From positions 310,001-374,000 of the forward strand of contig JBODTK010000112.1 in the NCBI GenBank assembly GCA_050613775.1: a stretch of 64,000 nt of DNA, given 5' to 3'. This document shows, piece by piece, positions 51,101-61,673 of this stretch. The position numbers and the translations under genes are program-made. The notes beneath the pieces are model-generated. The model was not told the DNA's origin, ran no database searches, and was given only the letters and a program-made list of their open reading frames with translations. Every line of letters begins with the position of its first letter. Position 1 is the stretch's first letter. This DNA is from Neocallimastix sp. 'constans'. Lineage: Eukaryota.

Positions 51101-53018
51101 AATTACGATGCGGAGGTAACACATTACAATTATTTTCATTAAACACTTCTTTAAACATCAAATAGATTTCAGGTACTTCGACCTTTTCATCATCTTTATT
51201 TAAATTATTATTTTCATTATTACATTTTTCAATTACATTTAATTTCTTACATTTACTTGATTCACAAATTTTCTTTAAGATCTTTAAACTATTTTTACTA
51301 ATTTTACTATCACAATTCATAACAATAATATCATCACTATCACTAAAATTATCGCTATCACTAATGCTATCACTAAAATTATCTAACATAAAAGTATCAT
51401 TAATATCACTATCGCTATCACTATTAATAAATTCAGTACAAGTTCTAATACGAGTTCGGCGGCCACGAATAGAAATTTCTTCTTCAGAATCAGATTCGGA
51501 ATCGGATTCAAAGAAAGATTTTCTTTTTCTTGAGTCTTCAATAATTTTATTTTCTTCCAAGTCGGTAGCAGATTCTTTTCCTTTGTTCTTTTTCTTGTTC
51601 TTGATCTTGTTCTTTCTTTTTCTTTTACCGTTATTACAGTGTCTAGCGCAAAATCCTGAGCCAAAGGAGATCTTCTTTGCGTCGTGGTAATTATAAGGCG
51701 AATGCTTCTCAATCCAAGGTAGACCTAAAATAATATCAACATCAGGAATTCTGAGTACATACAATTGAATGATTTCTAAGTGATTTTTTAAACGTAAAAT
51801 GCACTTCTCCGTTTCCTTTTTAACTGTTGATATTCCGTAACCAAGACCAGTAACACGGAATGGTTCTTCAATTTGTTGGGTTTTGATTCCAAAAGCCTTC
51901 GCAAATTCTGGGTGAATAAAGTTAAGATCTGATCCAGAATCAATCAAAACTCTTGCCTTTACTTCTTCTGTATCGTTTGTTTTGATATAAAAATCAATAA
52001 TGTTACTTTTCTTGGTCAAGAGTGAGTTTTGCTCTTCAACAATTTTTCTGACTTTCAAAATATCTTCTTGGCTGTTGATTCTTCTGATTCTTCTTAAGCT
52101 AGTAGATGCAATATTATCATTTCTTTCTTTCTTGTTGATCATTTTAACTGTAGCGGGCCTCTTCTTGTTCGGGCAATTAAATTTAAGATGCCCTGGTTGC
52201 TTACAATAGTAGCAAAGACCTTTTCTTCTTTCTTCTTCCTTAGAGTTAACATTCTCCTGGTACAATTTCTTGTTGGATGGGAAATAGTTGGTATTCCTTT
52301 GACCTCTCTTGATTCGATAGAGGTCAACTTCCATGGGATCATTATTAGTGAGTTGTGTACTGGAACTAGCGTTGTTTCGGTGATTGTATTGATGAAAATA
52401 AAATTCATTAATACTGTGTCTTTTGGTTAAACTCTCAATGCTAATAACGTCAGTAAACAAAGCTCTTAAATTGTTTGGGTTCGGATTGACCACGGCAAGA
52501 TGTTCTCTCATTTTATAATGTAATCCTTTGATAAACATGTATATTTTTGCAGACTCGTTGAAGTCTGAGTTTCTTGCAACTTTATTGAATTCATTAATGT
52601 AATCGTTAACGCGGCCAAACTTATGTTGACGGATTGAACAAAGTTTCCCATTAGCAATTACAGTATTAACTTCTTCTTCACCATAACGAGCTCTAAGTTC
52701 ATTAATGAAATTTTCATAGGAATTCAAAATTTCGTCATTGTTGCGTCTCAAAGACGAAGCCCAGTCTAAAGGTTCTCCAATTAAATAAGAAATTATGAAT
52801 TTGACTTTTGCGATGTCATTATTAATTCCATGTGGGTTGGATTCCATAGCAATTTCGGCTCTGGTTAGGAACCCGTCGAATTCCCTCTTGATACCAGAAA
52901 ACAGTGGTGGATCATTTACTGTTTTCTGAGTGTTTCTTAAGAAGCCTTGATTATTTGCTTGGTTCATTTCTAAATCAAGGTTTTCGAATTTTTGAATTAA
53001 ATCTTCAACTTCGTTCAA
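48198..53018 (-). CDS. G3 Gag-Pol single ORF with degenerate chromodomain
   Basis: 1606 aa from TTG; first ATG at ~52967. DPMEVD; CYYCKQPGHLKFNC; VLIDSGS; TKLDLKSAY..YIDD; ETDASNFA; HDSISAGH..CEIC; SMDFIVELP..SDRGSQF..GQTERVN; SPERIIKMK..YLIKWKGCDSNENTW. Confidence 0.97.
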   Translation of the reverse strand: MNEVEDLIQKFENLDLEMNQANNQGFLRNTQKTVNDPPLFSGIKREFDGFLTRAEIAMESNPHGINNDIAKVKFIISYLIGEPLDWASSLRRNNDEILNSYENFINELRARYGEEEVNTVIANGKLCSIRQHKFGRVNDYINEFNKVARNSDFNESAKIYMFIKGLHYKMREHLAVVNPNPNNLRALFTDVISIESLTKRHSINEFYFHQYNHRNNASSSTQLTNNDPMEVDLYRIKRGQRNTNYFPSNKKLYQENVNSKEEERRKGLCYYCKQPGHLKFNCPNKKRPATVKMINKKERNDNIASTSLRRIRRINSQEDILKVRKIVEEQNSLLTKKSNIIDFYIKTNDTEEVKARVLIDSGSDLNFIHPEFAKAFGIKTQQIEEPFRVTGLGYGISTVKKETEKCILRLKNHLEIIQLYVLRIPDVDIILGLPWIEKHSPYNYHDAKKISFGSGFCARHCNNGKRKRKNKIKNKKKNKGKESATDLEENKIIEDSRKRKSFFESDSESDSEEEISIRGRRTRIRTCTEFINSDSDSDINDTFMLDNFSDSISDSDNFSDSDDIIVMNCDSKISKNSLKILKKICESSKCKKLNVIEKCNNENNNLNKDDEKVEVPEIYLMFKEVFNENNCNVLPPHRNYDCEIKLKDNCSLFYGPLYPLTETEREELKKYLEENLKKGFIRKSSSPAGAPILFVRKKDGTYRLVIDYRKLNEMTIRNSYPLPLISELLDRVKGAKYFTKLDLKSAYNLVRIKEGDEYKTAFRTRYGHFEYLVMPFGLKNAPATFQHFINDVLSDYLDDFVISYIDDILIYSNTLEEHHVHVKKVLRKLLENHLVVKLEKCEFDVTETTFLGYVLSRDGIKMDKEKVKAILDWPVPTNVKEIQSFIGLCNYYRIFIKDFAKIANPLHKLTRKNVPFNWSSEQQKAFDTLKELFTTAPILKHPDSNKQFIVETDASNFAVGAILSQEFDGHLHPIAFISTSLTKSQRNYPIYDKELLAIKVALEGWRHYLEGARHQFIIYTDHKNLTFPRKPELLSQRQIRWYEFLSRFDFKLIYRAGKKSGKPDILSRRSDHLFASVRPISCVINSCSFKNDSLISSIHDSLANDEFYCKITEFLKNDNSKDPPFSKIDKFSLDKNGYLLFENLIYVPNKIRIRVLELHHDSISAGHFGINKTIELISRNFWWPKLQKDVKMFIKSCEICSKSKIPRHKPYGLLSPLYTPNRAWSAISMDFIVELPKSKDMTTIMVVVDRLTKMAHFIPFRCLPTASIAADSFIANIFKLHGFPDSIISDRGSQFTSDFWNRLCSLLNIKHSFSTANHPQTDGQTERVNSILEQYLRCFINEKQNNWFDLLPFAEFSYNNTLQQSINQSPFFANYGFNPKFNPEIPSNENPHRAEKRILNINENIKFLKENLEQAKKTYKKYADLKRIDSPDFKVGNKVYLLKGNTTKKNKKLSDQLIGPFEIIRKVSDLAYELKLPNNMRCHPVFHVSLLEPYHENEFPNRRNTRRRNINLTTDTINRSPERIIKMKTFNNKNRYLIKWKGCDSNENTWIDEDQIFDKQLIQEYYRKEKKNKSSNINNEFCQLPEDSNEYYVRHKYQPFVIDLPS

Positions 53019-53300
53019 TTTGTAACTTATTATTTACTTTTGAATATTTTAAATAATGATATTTGAAATAGATGTTCTAATAAAAAGATATTTCTATTAT
53101 AATATTGTATGTAAAGTCGAACTGGCTCTCTCCAATTGTAGTGGTGCCGTCGAGTAAACTGAATATTATAATATAGTATCTTACTGGTTAAAATTTAATT
53201 CCAAATAATATTATGGATTTCTCACGTAATCTGGTAATTTTATTCAAAAGTCTTGCACAAGTGTCCCAATATGATAAATGGTATGGTATGAGTCTGGTAA

Positions 53301-53347
<47 letters not shown>

Positions 53348-53348
<1 letters not shown>

Positions 53349-53590
53349 TGGTAGAATTAGCCTGAATCGAGTAGAATATTTCCTTAAACTGGTAGAATAG
53401 CCTGAATCGAGTTGAATATTTCCTTAAACTGGTAGAATTAGCCTAAATCGAGTAGAATATTTCCTTAAACTGGTAGAATAGCCTGAATCGAGTTGAATAT
53501 TTCCTTAAACTGGTAGAATTAGCCTAAATCGAGTAGAATATTTCCTTAAACTGGTAGCGATATCCTAAAGCTGGTAGCAATAATCTAAAA
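53348..53590. repeat. 41/40-bp alternating tandem repeat x5 plus degenerate 20-mers in the G3 5' leader
   Basis: ctggtagaat(t)agcct(g/a)aatcgagt(a/t)gaatatttccttaaa; unit 2 = unit 4 and unit 3 = unit 5. Adjacent T42 run at 53303-53344. Confidence 0.92.
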
Positions 53591-53758
53591 TTGTGAGTAT
53601 TCCAAAGTCGGTAGTGTCAAAAGTGGGTAGCTTCTAAAAATCCTTGGTAAAAATATCTGGTAAAAATATCTTGATTCAAGCCACAAATAAGCCACAAAAG
53701 AGTCACGTGTTTTAAATATTTTTTATTGATTTATAACGTATTTTTGTTTGTTTAAAAG

Positions 53759-53769
53759 GTAATTGTTAT
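53759..53769 (-). promoter_or_regulatory. G3 self-priming PBS (AUAACAAUUAC)
   Basis: Abuts the 5' LTR. Complementary to LTR positions 53922-53932. No tRNA-type TGG. Confidence 0.82.
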
Positions 53770-54541
53770 TATAAAGTTTTGATAAAAAAAATAGATTATA
53801 AATCAACACTTCAATAATAACACTAAAACACAAAATAATAGTTTTAAAGAACAAGTTTTATTAATTTTTTAAATATTAAAATCTTTATTTATTTTAAAGT
53901 GTTATTAACAAGAAATCGTTAATAACAATTACATCGATTAAAATACATGAAATTTGATAACTATTTATATTTTTATCTTATTGCATTTATAATATATAAT
54001 TCCTATTGAATTATATTATCTAGCTATTTATTTAAAACAGTACTAACCTAAACTAATAATAAATAATTAACTATTACTAAATAAAGAGAATTATAATTAA
54101 TAACTAAAATAAATATAATCAATTCTAATTGAGTTCATTTATTATTTATTTATTATTTAAATATTATTAGTAAATTTATTATATATTTTCTATTTAAAAA
54201 TAATATAAAAGTTGTCATAATTATTTAATATAAATTTAGCATAAAATGCCGTAAGTTTCAACATGACTAATTGCATAGTTTCATGTTGTTAATTTATCTT
54301 GTGAAAAACCTTAACTCTTATTATTTAAATTAAATTACATAAAAAGAAATGATTTTCAAATACTAGTTTCACAAGAGAAATTTTTAATTTATTAGTATGA
54401 TTGGGAAAAAAATCGAAATTATGTTAAAAATATTTTCAATAATTTTATACACGTGATTTCAAATAAATTTATTTTAATTTTACTTAAATTTATGATTAAA
54501 TTTAATTAAAATTATTTAAAGATATTAATAATATCTTTACA
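53770..54541 (-). repeat. G3 5' LTR, 772 bp
   Basis: Direct repeat of 47389-48160. Confidence 0.95.
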
Positions 54542-54546
54542 TTCTG

Positions 54547-57500
54547 TGGAAAATAATAAAAATAGTATTGTTAATATTATTAATGAAGAAACTTCTCAGG
54601 AAGGAAATAATTCTAAACAAACTTTAAATAAATTAATTCAAGAAAAATCATCAGAAAAGTCAACTGAAATTATGCCAACTAGAATTCCAAAAAGAATACA
54701 AATGCAAACTGATTGTGATAGTTATGACGTGATCAAAGATTTAAACTCCAGTAATTGCAATATTACATTTGGACAATTATTGGACGTTGCTCCAAAGATA
54801 CGGTCTCAAGTATCACAAGGACTTAAATTAGAAAAGAATAATACTAAAATTTCAGGTGCAGTGGATAATATGTGTGCTACTACAATAATAACGAACAATA
54901 TAGATCATACATATAAAAGTAAACATCATGAACCACAAGAAGATGATATTGCTATGGTTGATGTAATAGTAGATGGAGTTCGTGGTAAGGCTTTAATAGA
55001 TTCATGTAGCAATTTAAGTATTATCACAAAGCAATTTTTAGATAAATTAACTTATCAGTATGAACCTATAGGAGTTAGTGCAGCACGAATACGTTTAGCA
55101 ACAATGAATGATGATTACTCAGAAGATGTGTTAATCAAAGTTCCCGTAAAAATTAATGAACTAGAACTACTTGTTACGTGTAGAATTATAGACAAGGAGG
55201 ATCCATTCTATGATATATTAATCAACCTCAAAACTCAAATTGATAACCAGTTATTTATACATCCAATTAGATATAGTCTTTGTCGATTTAATGATCAAGG
55301 TTTAATTGAAGAAATTGCACCTATTAATAATGAATATGATGACGAAGAAAAATTATTATGTGTAATCAAAGCATTGAATCACCAAGAAGCTAAGCAACAA
55401 TTGAAAACGATTGAAGGATTACCACCCATAAAATATATATATGACACAGTTTTTCAAAGTACAATTAATTCAAATTATAGAGAAGCTATTACTAAATTAC
55501 TTGAAGAATATATTGATATAATTGCAACTTCTTCTGAAGAATTAACACCTTCAGATTTATCACCACACAAAATTATTCTTAAGGAAGGAGTTAAACCTAT
55601 TAAACAAAAATTTTATCGACTTAGTAAATTAAAAACAGATATCTTAAAAGAAGAATTAACCAAACTCATATATAAACGATTAATTGAATCTTCATGTTCA
55701 GAATGGTCATCACCAGTAGTACTTGTGCCTAAAAAGAACGGTAAATGGCGCCTGTGTATTGACCATAGGAAAGTAAATGAAGCAACTAAGAAGGATTCTT
55801 ATTCTTTACCAAATATTGAGGAAATTTTTGATAGCTTAGATGGAGCAAAAATCTTCTCAACATTATATCTTTATTACGGTTATCATCAAATATTAATGGA
55901 TGATGATAGTGTTGAAATCACTACCTTTACAACTAAGTTCGGAAACTACCAATTCAAGGTAATGCCCTTCGGTTTAACAGGTGCTCCAGCTACATTCCAA
56001 AGAGAAATGAACCGTATACTATTTCCCTTAATAGGAAAATGCGTCTATAACTTTATCGATGATATTTTAATCTACTCAAGAACTGAAGAAGAACACCTAG
56101 AACATCTTAAACAAGTCTTAGAAATATTCAAGGAACATAAGTTAAAAATCAATATCGAAAAGTGTTCTTTCATGCAAACTGAAGTAGAAGTACTTGGACA
56201 TAAAGTATCCTCAGAAGGTTTAAGTCCATTGGAAAACAAAGTTGAAGCTATTAAAGAATGGAAGGCTCCCTCTAACATTCATGAACTTCGATCATTTTTA
56301 GGAGTCATTGGATATTATAGAAATTTTATTAAGGACTTTGCAAAAGTTACTGCTCCTCTCTGCACTCTATTAAGAAAAGGTATTAAGTTTGAATGGAAAA
56401 AGGAACAAGAAGAAAGTTTTAAAATTCTTAAGGAAAGATTAATCAATGCCCCAATATTAAGATTTCCTAGATTTGATAGAGAATTTATTATAAGAACAGA
56501 TGCTTCCTATGATGGAATAGGCGGTGTGCTTTTACAAAAGGATGATGAAACTGGAAAGGAGCATCCGGTTCATTATATTAGTAGAAGTTTATCTAAATCG
56601 GAAAAGAATTATGGAATTACGGATCTAGAAGGTGCTGCTCTAATTTACTGTATTAATAAATTAAAATCTTATATTATGGGAAATCCTAAGCAAACTATAG
56701 TATATACAGATCATAGACCATTAATCGGATTACTTAAAAGTAAGGAACCACAAAATTCTCGTCATACTAGATGGTGTTTGACTGTCAGTATGTTAGGAAT
56801 TGATTTACGATATGAAACTGGAAAGAATAATGTTGTCGCAGATGCTTTATCAAGAATGAAAAATGAAAAAGAAAAAGTTGTCTTAACAACACAAATTATC
56901 AAGGAACAAGATGAAAACCTGCTTTCAAGAACCATTAAGGAATTTATTGAAGAAAAATTTACGACAATTGATGGTGTGGACTACTTTGTTGATGGCAATA
57001 ATTATAGAAAATTAGTTACAGATACAAAAGAAAAACTTCAATTAATTTTTCAAGCACACAGTATAGGACACGAAGGCTATTACAAGACATACCAACGTTT
57101 GAAAAAGAGCTACTATTGGAACAATATGGTTAATGACATTAAGCGAATTATAGGTAAATGTGAAAAATGTCAATTAAATAAATCTCAACCATACCCTGAA
57201 CCAACGGAAGATAAACCAACTGAAGTGGAAGGACCATTTACACACTTAGGATTGGACATTATAGGACCTCTAAGTAAAACCAGAAATAATAATCAATATA
57301 TAATCGTTGTGGTTGATTATTTTACTAAATGGGTTGAGGCAGAGCCCACTGAAAATGTTACTTCTCAGGATGTGATAAAATTTTTAATTAATGTATTTGC
57401 TCGACACGGTGTACCTCAAATTATCACTACTGATAATGGAACACAATTTACATCAGATATGACAAAAATCTTCCTTGATTTATATGATGTATATGTTAAA

Positions 57501-58076
57501 TTTATCACTCCATATCATCCTGAAAGCAATGGTTTAGTTGAGAATCGTAATAAAGAAATTGGAAAATTATTACGATTACTAGGACAACAACACAAAGAAT
57601 GGGATGAAATTTTACCATCTGCACTTTGGGCTTTAAGAACTACTAAAAACTCAATCACCAACCATTCAAGTTTTGAATTAGTTTATGGAAGGGAGGACCA
57701 ACAACCTTTTGACATTGCTGCCAGACCGACTAAGGGTATAAATAAGTCTTCTGACGAAATTCTACTGGAAAAATTTGTATCACACTACCAATGGGTAATG
57801 GAGGCCGCATCTAATATCAAAAATGCTTCGAAGTATTGGGCTACTAGGAGAGAAGAAAAGACCAGTATGAATCAAGCTAAAAGAATAAAACCAGGTGATT
57901 TAGTACTAGTAAGAAACTTTAATCGAACTAAATTAGAACCTTATTTTGTTGGACCTATGAAAGTGGTAAAGAAACAATTCAATACAGTCACTTTAGCTGA
58001 TCCTGCTACTAATATACAAATGAATCGTAATGTTCATTTGAAAAATATTGTCAAGTTTAACTCAGCTTCTACCTAG
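54547..58076 (+). CDS. G2 Pol, 3' segment (PR, RT, RNase H, IN); RT probably catalytically dead
   Basis: ALIDSCS; RT FSTLYLYYGYHQI (first catalytic Asp is Tyr), FIDD; RTDASYDG; HSIGH..CEKC; GLDIIGP..TDNGTQF..SNGLVENRN; GPY/F-like PYFVGPM. No chromodomain. Confidence 0.92.
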
Positions 58077-58099
58077 CTTGAGTCTTAGCGGGGGCATCT

Positions 58100-58889
58100 T
58101 AATACAGAATGAACAAATAATACTAATTGTGCTAGAATAATATAAATTATTCTAACCTTATAGATTATTCTATTCTATATAATTGGAACTTTCCAATATT
58201 CTTCAAATATTACTAAATAGAAATCTTAAGTTAATAAATCACTAATTAACATATAATTCCTTTTTGAATTATCGATCCGATTCCATTATAATGTATTAAA
58301 AATCTTTAGCCAAGAATATTTTCCTTGCCCACTTAATATATTAATATTATATTTCTTTTGTATTATGTTATATTGAAAATAATCAAATTTATTTAATTAG
58401 TTATTAAAATTTTCGTTATCAATTTAAATTTATTTTTAATTACTAAATTTAACTAAACCACAATAAAATATTCTGTATAATCTTTTTTATTTTTATTTTA
58501 TATATATTAGTATTAAACTATTATTAAATAATTAATAATTCAATAATATATAACTACTATTTATAACAATAATATTATTAACTAAAATAATAATTCAATT
58601 TCAATTTAAATGTTTTATTTATAAAAATAATTAGTAATTAGTTTATTAAAAAAATAGTTAGGCTTTACAAATTTTAAATTGATAAAAAAATATAAATACA
58701 TGTAATTTTAGTGAAATAAAATATAATCAATAACTTTCTTTTTATTAAATAAATAATTATATTATTATTTTTCTTTTATAAATTTAAATAAATAAATATT
58801 GATTTTAAAACAAATTATTTTTTTTTTATTGTAATTTTATTATTTGTGTTAATTATTATTATATTCCTAAAATTATATGAACCATACCA
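58100..58889 (+). repeat. G2 3' LTR, 790 bp
   Basis: Direct repeat of 44712-45501. Confidence 0.92.
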
Positions 58890-58893
58890 TTTA

Positions 58894-59996
58894 TGATAAA
58901 GAATGAATTAATAACCTTTATTTTATTATTAATAATTCTTTACTAAATTGTACTTTCCTATATTCTTCATAACCTAAACCTCATTGTAAATTTAATTTAT
59001 TTTGATATAAATTAATTTTAACTTGTAAATAATGTAAATAAATTTTAATTAATTACTTTATTGTTATATTATTAAATATATGTATATATTAAAATACAAT
59101 TATAAATATTAAAATTATACTTTTAAGATACTAAATTATTAAAACTATTAATTAAATATTATTATAAAAATTATTATAAAATTATTAAAATTATTAATTA
59201 AATATTATTCTAAAAATTATTATAAATTATTAATATTATAAAATTATTAAAATTATTAAATATTATTATAAAAATTTATATATTATAACTATTAAATATT
59301 ATTATAAAATTATTAAGATTATTAATTAAATTTATTATTAAAAATTATTATTAAAAATTTTTACTTATTATAAAAATTACTATTTAAATATTATCAAATT
59401 TATTAATTAAATATTATAAAAATTTTATTTTATTTTGAAAATAATTACAAGTATTATTTAAAATAATTAAAGATTATTAAATTTATTATATTAATCTTTA
59501 AAAACAATTTATTTAACTTAAAAATATCAAAGAAAATAGTAAAAACTATTTTCTATATATTTATTTTATAATTATTTTTAATTAAATTATATTTGAATAT
59601 TATATTATTATATTTATAAAAATTAAAACAAAAATGAATTATTGATATAAAATTAATTCAATAATTCTATAAAATTACTTAAATTATAAACAATTAATTA
59701 TACTTTAAATTTATAAAAAAATATAAATATTGTAACAATTTCTTAAAAATTAAATATGTGTACTTTAAATAAAAAAAACTTTTATATTAATAAAAAAAAA
59801 ATAAATAATTTTTAATAAAGAATTATTTTTTTTTTTTCAAAGCAGGGTAATACCCGTCCCCCCCTGCTTGATTTTAAATATCTAAGTGTCAACCCCGAGT
59901 CTACCATTTAATGATAAATAACAAAATTAATAAATCTTAAAAATATATTATACATAAAATCGAAACTAACCTTAGCCAAGTTTAATAATAATTTAA

Positions 59997-60028
<32 letters not shown>

Positions 60029-60430
60029 AAAAATTAATTAATTAATTAATTAAATAAAACAAATAAATTACACTTAAAAATTACATTAATACTCAGATAT
60101 GAAAGAAATATTATATATTTTTCAAAATAAAAATATTAAGATTAAATTTAAAATAAAATAATTAATTTTTATAATTAGTTTTATAATAATTTTTATAATT
60201 AATTTTATAATTAAATAATATTTTTATAATAACAAAATTAATTAATTTAAATAACAAAATATTTTTTTAATTATTTTTATAATAAACAAATTTATTTATT
60301 TTATTATTAATTATTTATTTTATTATTAATTTTATTACTTTTATTTTATTTAATTATTCTTTTTATTTATAAATTATAAATAGTTTAATTTTAAAGAAAA
60401 ATATAAATACTTGTAAATATTTCATGTAAA

Positions 60431-60461
<31 letters not shown>

Positions 60462-60696
60462 TAATTTTATAATTTTAATAATCACTTTTAATTTTTATAA
60501 TGTTTAATAAATTTCAATAAAAGATTTATAAAATAAAATATTAGAAAACAAGTGTTCTAATAAATCAAATTTTTAGTGTTATTTTTAATAAAACATTTTT
60601 AATTCATAAATAACTTATACAGTTATTATTAAAATAAATTGAAATTATCACTTTTTAATTCTATATTAAAATTAAGATAATTTCTAAAATTTATCA
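58894..60696 (+). repeat. G4 5' LTR, about 1.8 kb, TG..CA
   Basis: Inverted termini TGATAAA/TTTATCA; the PBS follows after 1 nt. The second copy is outside the window, so the left boundary is inferred. Confidence 0.75.
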
Positions 60697-60697
60697 G

Positions 60698-60714
60698 TGG
60701 TCCTTCGAACCGGA
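60698..60714 (+). promoter_or_regulatory. G4 primer-binding site, tRNA-Tyr type
   Basis: TGGTCCTTCGAACCGGA is complementary to ...UCCGGUUCGAAGGACCA, resembling the eukaryotic tRNA-Tyr 3' end. Confidence 0.8.
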
Positions 60715-61427
60715 GAGGCAGCTAACTTATTATTAATAAGTATTATTTATTAACACTAGAGTATGAACTAGTATAAAAATTCATAATAATAAAATAAAGG
60801 ATAAATAATATTTATTATATAATAATAATTAAAAATTAAAACTAGAGTATGAACTAGTATAAAAATTCATAATTTAAAATTAAAAATAAAATATATATAT
60901 ATATGTATATATATATAATAATATAATAATAATATAATAAATAGAAATTAAATTAATATTGGGAAGAAAGCCATTTATATTAAGAAGAAAATAATAAATA
61001 AATAGGAAAAGAACGACAAATATAAGGAAAGGAAACGATAGATAATATTTTGAAAAAAAAAAAAAAAAAAAAAAATTCTATTTTAATTTTAAAGAATTAT
61101 ATAGGTTTATATTTTATTAATCATAAATTATTGGAGCTTGACTCTAGGTCGCGATTAATAAGATATAAATTAGAATAGCAAGAGAGAGTATTGGGTCCTG
61201 ATTATAGAGAGTAGAGGTTAGACAGAACTGAAAATTGTACTGGAGAGTAATTGATTGGTTATATTGATACTTTGGTGAGAGATCCAGAGAAACGGAAAAC
61301 TTTATAACCAGTCGAATGAAAACAGCACAAGAGAGTAAGTAGAGTCTAATGAGGTCGAAAATATAATCAGAACGCCAAGAAAATCTATTACTGCTACATA
61401 TATAATTCGAGGTTCTTAAATAAATAA

Positions 61428-61467
<40 letters not shown>

Positions 61468-61673
61468 ATAATAACTAATTAAAGAAACGTATAATAAGTG
61501 AATGAATAAATATATTGAAATTGAATATATAAAATTTTAATTAATTAAAAATTTGATTAAATAATTAAATTTAAATATATAAATATTTTGTTAGCGAATA
61601 AATTATTATATAAAATAAAGTATATAAATTATATTAAAGAGAAAACAAAAATACTTCTAAATTCCAGAGTAAA

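Larger units (their letters stand above)
47389..54541 (-). mobile_element. Ty3/gypsy chromovirus G3, full length (7153 bp), with 5-bp TSD TTCTG
   Basis: 772-bp LTRs at 47389-48160 and 53770-54541, with no differences seen in the segments compared. TTCTG at 47384-47388 and 54542-54546. Intact ORF. PPT AAAGGGCGAG next to 48160. Confidence 0.97.
44712..58889 (+). mobile_element. Ty3/gypsy element G2 (tRNA-Ala primed, -1 frameshift, no chromodomain), complete but interrupted by G3
   Basis: 790-bp LTRs at 44712-45501 and 58100-58889. TTTA flanks at 44708-44711 and 58890-58893. PBS present; PPT AGCGGGGG at ~58087-58094. Confidence 0.93.

Noticed and set aside
53348..53590. CRISPR-like array
   Set aside because: Units are contiguous near-identical repeats with no unique spacers, there are no cas genes, and it lies in a retrotransposon leader.
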